Part shown: positions 1-10,274 of the stretch, in pieces | Layout of the letters: every line of letters starts with the position of its first letter | Position numbering within the stretch: position 1 is the first letter of the stretch | Source of the DNA: Massalongia carnosa | Taxonomy: Eukaryota | Direction of reading: 5' to 3' | DNA length: 64,000 nucleotides | Assembly: GCA_965645245.1 (NCBI GenBank) | Contig: OZ287080.1 | Span: forward strand, 806,001 to 870,000 | Notes under the pieces: model-generated | The model's input: only the letters and a program-made list of their open reading frames with translations | Told to the model about the DNA's origin: nothing | Databases searched by the model: none | Program-made: the position numbers and the translations under genes

Positions 1-639
1 CTCACTGACTTTCAGGGTTTCAGGAGTTTTCATACAAGAGACCTCGTTCTTGCGTGATTCGACGGTTTTCAAGGACAGGGACGAAGCGGACTCAGGAGTC
101 CCTTCAGATGGATCAGGAAGGCCAAGAATGACAAGAGGGACGTGTTTATTCTCTAAACACTCCTGGAAACAGTACGTGGACGAGAAGGTCAGGGTATTTT
201 CAGTCCAGCTGACGGAGGGGTCATGAATTTGAAGCCACTTGACTCCCAGGACGACAGGATAATGACCCAGTTGGGTAACTAAGAACGAGCCTTGCTCGGA
301 ATGACGGTTTATTCGCATCCTTGACTTGATCAGATGAGTAAGTTTTCCGGCCGCCGCGGGGCGACCATCGACTACTTCGAGGATACGAGGACGGACAAGA
401 GGGGTGAAAGGCAGGGAATTTTTTCGCGCGAAGGATGAATCAATGAATGCGTAGCCCGAGGCACCGCAATCAATCAAAGCATGGGTGTGTATAACTCGAT
501 TTTCCACAGAGAGTGCTATAGATATGACACAATGTCTACCGTCTAACGAATCTTCTGAGAGAGAAAAGGCTGAAATCGACACAGGGACCCCTTCTGAACG
601 TCTTCGGGGGCGACTTAGCCCGAAGACGACGCGTTTTCC
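1..639 (-). CDS. pol: Pol N-terminus (aspartic protease), reached by -1 frameshift; truncated by window edge
   Basis: Minus strand near 421-490 reads THALIDCGASGYAFIDSSFARK; overlaps gag end at slippery GGAAAAC (633-639). Confidence 0.85.
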
Positions 640-1859
640 GAGACCTCAGCTAGAGAGGACTCGTTCAGCCGAGAGGTTCGCGGCTTGGTTTCTCCCTTTC
701 GAGGGCAGACGGCCGCAAAATGTCCTGACCCCCCACAGTAGCGGCACAACCCTTCGTTCATCCGACGGGTGACTTCTGCTTGAGGTAACTTACCTCTGTG
801 TGTGGCGGAGAGGTCCATTGGCTCGGCGGCCGGAAGGGGAGACGGGGAGGCGGCGGAAGAAGAGACGGATCGGGGGAGGGCGACTCCTCCCGACCGGGGG
901 TTATGAGGGGGGGTCCCCACACCAGAAGAAGGTGGGGTAGACCGGGGGGAGTATGGCTTCCGGAGGGAAGCATTGACATTCCGTTGGCGGGTGTCTAGCC
1001 GTTGGAGGAGGGTCACCAGTTCGTCGAGGTCCTCGGGAGTGATTTGGGTAACCATGAGCTGCTTCAGCTCGTCACTGATGCCTTCCAGCAGAGCTGAGCG
1101 CATTGCCTCCTCGTCAAAATTGGTATCCGGGGCAATACGCTGGAAGTCCGAGAGGTAGACATGGAATTCCTTGTTGGCCTGGCGCAGGGACCGCAGTTCC
1201 CGCTGTGCCGTGGCCTTTTTGTCCGGGTCCCCAAAGGCCCTCTCCAACATAGCCAATAACCCTGCCACATCGGGGATACTCACTTCGTTGTGAGACTTGA
1301 CGTAGGGTTGCACTTGCGCCATGGCACGACCCTCTAAGCGGCTGATGGCGTACAGAAGGCCGGCTTTGGGATTCGTGAAACGGTCTTGATTCACAAAGAG
1401 CTTCAGGTTAAGCTGGGTGACCCACTCGCGCAACTCGTCCTTCTTGCCCGAGAACTTCGGGATGTCCGGCAATTTCTCTGAGCGCGCCTCGCGCTGGGCG
1501 GCGGGATGATGATGATGGTCACTGATCTGCTGACGGAGGCTGGCGATGGTGGCTCGAGAGGCGATGTTCTCGTTATTGGAGGTCTGCAACTGGCTACGGA
1601 TATTATTATGCTCAGCTTCCAGAAAGTCATACTGATTTGATTTTTCCGTTAGAAAGCCCTGAAGGGTCGCTGATCGGTTGGCGGACTGAATGGCTTGATG
1701 ATACCATTCATGAGGGAATTTTTGGACCGATTGACTCCAGGCCTCAATAGATGCAACATGAGGGGCGAGAGAATCCTCCTCATCGAAGCTTGGGGGGGAA
1801 AGGCCAGGACTTGATTCGGAACGGGGCGTGGCTATCTTGGACGAGGAACTGGAAGCCAT
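615..1859 (-). CDS. gag: Gag (capsid domain and CCHC knuckle) of Gypsy-1
   Basis: Open frame from ATG 1859 (MASSSSSK) with retrotransposon gag motifs (LPDIPKFSG, LRSLRQ), EPMDLS and CRYCGGSGHFAAVC. Confidence 0.93.
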   Translation of the reverse strand: MASSSSSKIATPRSESSPGLSPPSFDEEDSLAPHVASIEAWSQSVQKFPHEWYHQAIQSANRSATLQGFLTEKSNQYDFLEAEHNNIRSQLQTSNNENIASRATIASLRQQISDHHHHPAAQREARSEKLPDIPKFSGKKDELREWVTQLNLKLFVNQDRFTNPKAGLLYAISRLEGRAMAQVQPYVKSHNEVSIPDVAGLLAMLERAFGDPDKKATAQRELRSLRQANKEFHVYLSDFQRIAPDTNFDEEAMRSALLEGISDELKQLMVTQITPEDLDELVTLLQRLDTRQRNVNASLRKPYSPRSTPPSSGVGTPPHNPRSGGVALPRSVSSSAASPSPLPAAEPMDLSATHRGKLPQAEVTRRMNEGLCRYCGGSGHFAAVCPRKGETKPRTSRLNESSLAEVSENASSSG

Positions 1860-1923
1860 ACAAAAGAGGTGAATGAGAAACGAGGAACGGAGCACCACCT
1901 GAACACGGGTGAGGTGTTCGTAA

Positions 1924-2176
1924 TGTGACGAGGCGGCAACGGGGGCCTATTCAGGTGGTGAAGGTGGTGGCATTGCTAGCTATGACTATACTAGATAGAC
2001 AAGACGAACACAAGGAAGAAAGCATCAATTGCTGCAGAGATTTTCCATGTAACTCCCGGAACCCATTTCCTTACCTGAATGCGGTTAGCTCCCCACTAAG
2101 GCTAACGCGATACCTAAAACATTTAGCGTGTCGGGAGGTATCGCTTAGCAGAGCATCTCGCGCTCACACCATGACA
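1924..2176 (-). repeat. 5' LTR of Gypsy-1 (253 bp)
   Basis: TGT...ACA termini, directly upstream of gag leader; outer flank resumes Gypsy-2 integrase. Confidence 0.8.
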
Positions 2177-4770
2177 CAAAGTGGCCCGCATTTGGGTCGT
2201 CATGATTCTGTCGCAGTAGCGCTTCTCTCAATATGCCTGAAGGTACGTACCATTTATTGTCTCTGCACAAAAGGCTGTCTTCTATATACCAAAGGTTTTC
2301 TTTGTCCTTATTATCTCCCCGTGGTTTCCCTTCCAATGCCAGGGTATCTACCTGCGAGTGACTTTGCATACCTTTATTGACTTCCAGCGTTCCGTACAAA
2401 CTCTCCCTCTTCTGTTGCTCCCTCTATGCCGACGAGGCGGCAAGGGGCCGTCTCTGCTGCACGAGTTGATCAGACTCTTGCATTTCCAGAAGGACATTGC
2501 GTAACTCGAGCGGTGGCGCAGTAAAGGCTGAGTCCTTCTCTGAAACTTCCTTTGATTGTTCTAGAGAAATTCGAGACTTCTTCTCGGATGTCTCCACGAG
2601 TTGGAACTCTGTAGGCTTCGAATCGGCCTTTCCCTCGTCCAGTTTAGGTAAAGACTTTCTCTTCTCCTTAACCCATCTTACTGCTCCAAGAACCTCGAGA
2701 GTTTCATTCTCAGTCCCTTCAGTAGCCAGCAAGGAACGCGCGCTTGGACCATTTTCCGTCTCATCAACGGAAGAGTCCCCTGATTCATAATCAGTTCCGT
2801 TAACAGATTCAGGTTCTATGAATCCATGCACAATTGTGCTATCAACAGTGGGCTCCCATTCCATAACATTTCCCCTAGGAGCAGTTACAGGGATGCCGGT
2901 TATCGACGCAACCACTTACTTCTTCGTCTCGAACTTTTCTTCGAGTTTCTCTGTCCCCTGTCGGATACCCAGAGGCTCCCCTGCTTCACTAGAAACTACT
3001 GCACCGACTTGATGAGACAAGTTGGGTTCATTTCCAGCATAGTCTGGACGTCTTGAAGGCCCGTCCGCAGGATTATAGCGCCCTAGTCGGTATTCAATTA
3101 CCAAGTCGAGACTAGAGAGTCTTTCCCATCATCGCGCTTCTCTTCGCGATAAGTTCTTAGTGGTGAGAAACGTACGAAGGTTGCAGTGATCGGTACACAC
3201 GAATGGGATGCATTGCCCCTTCAAGATAGTGTCGCCATTGCTTGCATGCTTCGACGATCGCTAACATCTCAGTTTCGCCCACTCCATAATTGAGTTCAGC
3301 TGGGGCCATTTTCCTTGACCAAAAGGCGATAGGATGCCAGCGTCCGGTTTCTTCGACTAACTATGATATAATTACAGAAATCGCGACTCCTGAGGCGTCC
3401 GTTTCTAATTAGATTTTCCTCTTCGGGTCGAAGTGCAATAGCATGGGAGCAGTCGTGAAAACAAGTTTTAATTTTTCGAAGGATTCCTTAGCTTACTTTG
3501 TGAACGTAAACTAGCCGTCGAATTTACCCCTTTTTCCTCCTTTGAGAAGGGTATTAAGGGTAGTTACTATCCGCGAAAATCCGTCTATAAATCGTCTATA
3601 AAAGTTCGCAAAACCCAAGAAGACTTGTACGTCTCTATGAATTTTGGGTTCTGGCCAGTTTATTATCGTCGTTATGCGAGAGGGGTCTATTCTTATGCAC
3701 GTTAGAGTCAAAATAAATCCTAAGTATTCAATCTCGGACTTATCGGAAAGGCATTTGGAGAGTTTCACATGCAGATTATATTTCCGAAGTTTCTCGAGTA
3801 TCATTCGAACGTGATTTGCATGCTCTTCGATTTTTTAGAAAACACCATAATATTGTCCAGATATACTACTACGAATACGTCCAGGTATTCCCTTAGAGCT
3901 TCGTGAATATAAGCCTGAAACGTGGCAGGTGTATTCGCTAACCCAAAAGGCATTACTAGATATTCTTAGTGACCGTACCTGTATCTGAACGCGGTCTTCC
4001 ATTCGTCGCCGGCTCTAATGTGTATAGAGTTGAAGGCGTCCCAAATGTCGAATTTGGTAAAGATCAGCGCTCCTATCAATACTTCAACTAATCCTTGAAT
4101 TAATAGGAGTGGATAACGGTTTTTAATCGTTACTGCATTAAGACCTCGATAATCGACACATAGTCGCAGGCCACCATCTTTTTTCTTCGCGAATAATATT
4201 GGTGCGCCAGCCGAGGAGTTGCTTTGAACTATATAACCTTTAGCTAATTGCTCGTCTAAATATTCACCGAGTGCATTTAATTCTGACAGCGATAAATTAT
4301 AAATAGACCCGAAGGGAATGTTTCCTTCGGTCTCAATCGCATGATCATAAGGTCCATGTTCCGGTAGTTTATGTGCTTTCTCTTTGGAGAACACATCACT
4401 ATAGTCGGCATATTTAGAAGGGATTTACGTTGGTACTTCAGTCACAGAACCAATTACTGTTCCCGTTTGGTCGAGATCTTAAAAATTTAGAAGAAATGCT
4501 TGTATTCCCTCTTCTACGCACAGCCTTCGTATCCCCTAAGAGTCCACTACCGCTATATCTGGATAACTATTGGAAGTATTACTTCGAGGGACTTGTGTCC
4601 GCTCGACTACAGGCTCACCAGTCTCAAGGTAATAGACCTCATGCAGACAAGCCTGACCGTCCTCGTTTTCCGATAGACGAATATAGAACAATTTGCGCTC
4701 ATGCCAGCGGATAACCGGGTCAACCTGATCTAGCCAGGGCATTCCCAGTATCATATCAACGCTAAACATG

Positions 4771-5004
4771 TGTAAGGTAGCTGTCGTCGATTCTTTTCAA
4801 CCGCTATTAAACTAAAATTTATCTACAAAGAAAGAAAAGAATTATTGTGCGCGACTCGCTAGAAATATCTGCGTCGAGTGTCGCGCTAGCCTCGCGCGAT
4901 CCCGTGATCCCTCTTTCTATCTCGGCTGGCGCTAAGCCTAACCGGTTACCTCGAACACCTCTAAGGTCAACCTTCTATCTCTATGTCAGGCTAGGACCCT
5001 GACA
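4771..5004. mobile_element. Solo LTR (234 bp) in Gypsy-2 pol
   Basis: TGT...ACA ends with 5-bp TSD ACATG (4766-4770 and 5005-5009). Confidence 0.85.
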
Positions 5005-5864
5005 ACATGTCAGCACCCACGAACGTTTAATCCGCTCGTACCTCTATACCCTTATCATCAACGACTCCAACTTGTAGAGTGTGATTATGATAAGTTTGTA
5101 GAGGCGTTCTATCTAATGTCTTCAACTCCGACGGCGATGGGGACTCGACAGGGATTCGTAAGGCAGCCTTCTTCACCTTTATTTGGGAAAGGAAATTCCA
5201 AGTAGAACCGCAGTCGATCATAGCGCGTATTTGCAGAAGTACCTTGTCAATGTATAATGTCACTACAGTAAATAGCTGTTTTACCGTTTCACCTCTTTAT
5301 CTGCGAGCCAAAACAATCGAGGCAACATCGATTGGCTCTAGGCTTTCCCCGAACTTCGAGATAGTGCTCTACACTCGGAGCGTTTATGACCTTTCTTGTT
5401 ACAATTCCAGCATGTAAATCTAGAGTTATCGTAATTTTCTTCACGAGGCCTCTTGGAATTAGGCCGAGTAACAACAGCCTATGTCGTGTTAGCGTTCTTG
5501 GGCTCATCGGTTTTAGAAGAAGTGGTTCTCATAAAGGTAGAGGATCGCCGGGCGTACGACGGCCGTGAGGATCTCTCTCTATTTTCAGAACGAGATTGTG
5601 TTCTAGTAGAGGTGGTGCGAAGAAAGTCGGGTATGGGCTCCACCCGCTCGGCCACTCGTGCTGCTTCGATCAACTCTACACGATTCTTACCCTATGAGTT
5701 GGCACGAATAATAGCTCGTTGCAAGTAGTCATATTGGGAATGTAAGAGGTTACTATACTTTTGTGACTACGAAGGCCTTTCCGGTAGTTGATCTCCGAGA
5801 GTTTCCAAGTAAGAAACCAATTTCCGAGACGGATTGACCCGGACGTTGTTTAAGCTTCTTTAAT

Positions 5865-6891
5865 TGTAATGGGCTACGAGATCAGTAAGCTAATCAAGAG
5901 CGATACTGATCTCGAAAGGGGAAATGCTCAGCGTGAGAGGTGGAAGATAGCTACTACGTGCTGGTCTCCGAGAGTATACGTGATCCAAAGAACTAATGGA
6001 TGTGGAAGTGCTCAGACCAAGAGATCTCGTCCGAGACCCAAACGTAGGTTGTTCATAGAATAAAGAATAATTGCTAACGAATACTACAGGATTCATTCTG
6101 GTATTTATCCTACTCACCCCAAGCCTATAGCCTTGGGAGCCTTGAAACCTTAGGAGCCTTGCAACCCACTTCTGACCTTATCGCCTTACATCTAACCATC
6201 CCTCAGGATCCATCTACGAACTCGGCGTTCGCTGGATCATCTAGTCAGCCTCGAGCAGCCTTCTAGACCTTCCCTTGCAAGGTAGAACACTTCTACCTCC
6301 GGCTAGATCCCTCACTACATTGCTAGCCTACCTCTAAACATAAAGTCTAGACGCCGAGGCTATGAAGCTTCATTTCGCCGTCACCACTACCAACGTAGCG
6401 ATGGAAGGTTACCTCCGACTGAATCTCTATCTACACTGCGGACCTGCCTCTAGACACAAGGTCTAGACCACAAGGTTATGTAGGTTCATTCAGCCGACAT
6501 CACTACCAACGGAGCAATAAAGGTGGAAGCTGAAGTTTACACCGGGGAGGCCGAGCTCATGCTGCGTCCAGCTAGCCGTGCCTCCTGCTACAACTCTTGA
6601 ACCATCAAGAGATCGAGTAGCTCCGAGTAGGCCATTAGATTCCATATAGAGTTCACGGCTTCTCCACAGGAGTTCGTCTTACTCCATAGCAATCTACCAC
6701 CACGGCCTCGACAGGTGTTTGATCTGTAAGCAGTCTAGAACGTAGTAACAACTAATTCGGAGTTGTGTGGCAAGGTGGCGTCGTGTCAACCTCGACGGCT
6801 GTGCGACTAAGTACTCCGGCCTGGCTCATGCTAGTTAATCCCGCAACCGCCGTAGGCGATCACGTATCCCTCTAGCGCTATCCGTATTACA
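5865..6891. mobile_element. Solo LTR (1027 bp) in Gypsy-2 gag; same family as 41635-42664
   Basis: TGTAAT...ATTACA ends, TSD TTAAT (5860-5864 and 6892-6896), end-to-end similarity with second copy. Confidence 0.92.
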
Positions 6892-7215
6892 TTAATTGAC
6901 CGCCGAAATCTAATAGTCGGAGGTGTTTGTATTTGAGTTTCTCCTGTAAAAAGTGAGTCATATGTTCCCACGTATAGGAGGGTTGTTCTGGGGTTGGTCT
7001 TTCGCGATGCCAGTCATGCGCCGGGTGCTGTCAATAAAGTTCTCAACATAGAGAATCTTTGCCCTGACAGTCGCATAAGTGATGGGTTTAGTCTCGAACG
7101 TCCGTTGACATTCTCTAATGAAGGCCTCATAGTCCTTCTGATTAGTACCCGTGTAAAGATTATGGTCAGCAACCGCGGGATGATACCCATGCGATAGTCT
7201 CAACCGGTCCAATCA

Positions 7216-7393
7216 TGTAATAGTAATTAGTTTGACGAAGGTGGCCTGATCAAGGTAAGGCTATAGGATAAAGAGCCCTTTGCCCACCTCTTTCGGAGGG
7301 CCACTGATCAATCTATTGATTACACTCCACCTAATGCTGTTCTATAGCGACTCCTATTGTATTGTCCTACCATTATAGAGCCATATAGTTACA
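7216..7393. mobile_element. LTR-like segment (178 bp) joining Gypsy-2 gag to a truncated piggyBac
   Basis: TGTAA...TTACA ends; flanks AATCA and CTGTT do not match. Confidence 0.55.
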
Positions 7394-9141
7394 CTGTTCG
7401 TACTTCGCCTCACACATATTTTCCTATCTATTTCACAAGCCATATCCCTCGTACGATTTCAACAAATCAAGAGATTCTTGAAGCTTAATAATAGACGTAT
7501 AAAACCTCCACGCATGGGCAAAGGAGTCAATTAGTGGAAGAAGTTGGAACCTCTTGCTACTGATTTTCGTCAGGCCTCGTTGAAGTACTATCAATCAGGA
7601 AGCATCATATCAATTGATGAGTAGCTTATTAATCACGTCATACTCTACAAATAACCCCAAAGCAGGCTGGGAAGGGGTTTGAAATATATAATCTTTGTCA
7701 GAATAACTACTTGATATATTTTTTTTTGCCTCCAAAGTCAGTATCTTTCTAAAAAATTTAATCTTATTTTCCTTTTTTGATCTCTGAATCGTGATCTCTT
7801 TTGGACAAAAATTCCATGAAACCTTGTGTTTTTGCTGTAAAAACCCTCTGTTTTCTGTCGCTTTTCCCAACATAAAGTGCAATGATTAACACGTATCAGG
7901 TCACAAAAACCAGTCAGTTGAAAACCTCTAGACAACTGGGCTTTTTAGCAAAGGATAGCCTTTCGGATACTGCTTTGCTGGTAATTCAGCTTTGTAAAAC
8001 ACTTCCTGAACCACTGAATTACACTCTTTTCTGCGACAACTTCTTTACCAGCACAAAGCTATTCAAAGTTCTTCGATTGCTAGGAATTGCTGCATGTGGG
8101 ACAGCTAAAAAAGGCTCTAGATTTCCCGCGAAGTCTTTGGCTCTGCGGGATGTGGCCATTAACTCCAAACATTGGGGACTTCGGGCCAGTACGACTATAG
8201 ATGAGGTGCTCTGTTTGGGATAGGTGGATAATAATACCGTTCAGTTGATGACTACTCGTCATCATCCTCGGGAGCTTGATGACTCGTATTATTTACATCC
8301 GCTTAAAAGGCATGAAATTCCAGAAGACTCCGTTCAGCTAATCATACCCATACAATACTATCCCTCAATATACGCTCGTATTATTTTACTGCCTGATCAA
8401 AAACCTTTATGGCCTTTAGGCCTACCGATTCCCGGACCAGTCAGAGAATATAATCTTCACATGGATAAGTCAGATAGAAATGCTCAGTAGAGAGCGGTTT
8501 ATTCTAATCAACGCCGAAGCGATCGGTATTGGTAGCAACTGTTCATTTTTTTGTTAGATGCTGCTGCGCTCAATGCATGCAAGTTTTATCTAATTGATGA
8601 CTTCAGAACTAAAGGAAAAAAACTCACTCGTACGGATTTTACTCATCATCTTGCCCTTAGTCTGATAAAGAATCCCGCTGGACAAACCCTACGACATGAG
8701 TTAAAGATAAGGATTAAGGCCAACTCTGAGCCTTTAGTTTCTACCCCCGAGCACCATTATATTTATCTGGAGAAGAAGCGGAAATGCGAGCCCTACAATT
8801 TCAATAAAACAAGGCCCTCCAAAAGAAAAGGGGAGCCTTTGACTGAAAGAGACGCTAATAGCAGGAAAAGAAAGCGGCGAGGTTCTCAAACAAAATAGGC
8901 GTATGGAGGAGGTCATCTAATAAGACCTTGTAGTAAAAATCAGGCCTGCTGGTCGGTAATACATTTGAACCGAAAGAAGTAGACAGAGTTAAAATAGATA
9001 GTAATTGATTGGGCAATTCTTAAAAAGGCTCAGAAAGAGGTAGCAAGCCGCTTATTTGATTGGTAGATATTTAAGGTTTCGGGAGCTACAAACTATCTTT
9101 AGCTAGTGCGTGAGGGGGGTGCCAATTCACCAGCGAGAGGG
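7394..9141 (+). mobile_element. 5'-truncated, decayed piggyBac-like transposon (PB-1)
   Basis: RFQQIKRFL, LFCDNFFTSTKLF and EYNLHMD fragments collinear with PB-2 transposase; right TIR ...CAGCGAGAGGG ends at 9141 followed by ATAT. Confidence 0.9.
7737..7899 (+). other. Predicted spliceosomal intron (163 nt) in PB-1 transposase
   Basis: GTCAGT donor, ATTAAC branch-like site, CAG acceptor; removal gives ASK|VTKTSQLKT, matching ASKSSRISELKT of PB-2. Confidence 0.75.
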
Positions 9142-9703
9142 ATATAAATTAATGATCAAGCACTTCTAGCATTTAGTCTACCCTTTGACCCGACCCTACC
9201 TATTTGTACCTCTATTTTGATTATCAAGTTGTGTAGCCTCTGTGGATCCCGTCTTCCAGTAGCAAATGCCTGCTTGGAGAAGGTCTTACCGTTTCAAATA
9301 TATTATCGAATTTAGAAAAAACGATATAGATTTTTTCGAATAGTTTAAACTCGATAAAGGATAATAACGCGTAATTAGAATATTACATAATTCAGATTAG
9401 TGATTATTACTTGCATATATATTTCTTTCAATAGTATACGGGCTATACATAAGTCATTAATCTTAATATCGATATCCAAGGGCGAAAATAAATTTATTCA
9501 ATCAGTAAAACGCGTTCTTGAATGAACATATGGAAAAGGAGGAGAGCTTGCGTGAGAAAATCAAGGAGTGTCTTGATCGTATAGGCACTGTAGTTGACCC
9601 GGTGGCGTTAAAGTTGCTGAAAAATTCAGCGGAGCTTTGCAAACGCAAAAGCAGATCGACGGCGAAGTCGCAAAGGCGCCCAATATCCTTAATGACACTC
9701 TAC

Positions 9704-10274
9704 TATGACGAAGCGAGATAGTGAATAAATTTCTACCATTGCGCCACCTGTCCTTCCCGACCAAAAGGCACAATACTTAGTCCATAGACCAAGCTCTATT
9801 CTACTATAACTGGGACTCCTGCTATGTTCGCTGTAGGTCCTGCCGTCCGCACCACGCTTAGTTGAACCGTTATACTACCGCCCATCTAGCTGCGGCTAGC
9901 CCCTAGCCGCTTCCAGTTATAGTTAGCCCCGAAGAATGGGCTCTTCTTAACGTACGGCCCTCGCCGATCCGACTTAGAGAGTTTTCATCCAACGCTTTCC
10001 CGTTTCGTCCTAGCTTTAGTCCGTCGAAGCAAGGCGGAAAAGCGAGGAACTCAGGTCAGGAATCGAACTCATGACTAATACACCGATTGATGACTAAGTG
10101 TTCTGTGACGAAGCGAGATAGTAAACAGATTTCTACCATTGTGCCACCTGTCCTTCCCGACCAAAAGGCACAATACTTAGTCCGCAGACCAAGCTCTATT
10201 CTATTATAACTGGGACTCCTGCTATGTTCGCTGTAGGTCCTGCCGTCCGCACCACGCTTAGTCGAACCGTTACA
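9704..10274 (-). mobile_element. TRIM-like non-autonomous LTR element (171-bp LTR, 229-bp core, 171-bp LTR)
   Basis: Direct repeats 9704-9874 and 10104-10274, PPT-like AGATGGGCGGTAG, PBS complementary to own LTR; removal restores LINE-X ORF1 (TLQSIQQILTR). TSD degenerate (TCTAC/TTAAC). Confidence 0.7.

Larger units (their letters stand above)
1..2176 (-). mobile_element. Ty3/Gypsy LTR retrotransposon (Gypsy-1), 5' part; continues past the window start
   Basis: 5' LTR 1924-2176, intact gag, -1 frame pol starting with a protease. It interrupts the integrase HHCC motif (NHDDPNAGHF) of Gypsy-2 at 2176/2177. Confidence 0.93.
2177..7215 (-). pseudogene. Decayed Ty3/Gypsy (Gypsy-2): gag, protease, RT, RNase H, start of integrase
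   Basis: Fragments: gag 6958-7212 and about 5289-5860, protease AMIDCGS (5027-5263), RT LRLCVDYRGLN and DEWKTAF (3966-4394), VQVFLGFANFYRRFI (3511-3804), integrase 2177-2399. Many stops and frameshifts. Confidence 0.9.

Noticed and set aside
1925..2380. 151-aa + strand ORF and other short antisense ORFs in the track
   Set aside because: They cross element junctions or shadow TE genes and have no recognisable domain.
10040..10103. tRNA gene
   Set aside because: Only a B-box/T-arm-like motif; no A box or cloverleaf seen.
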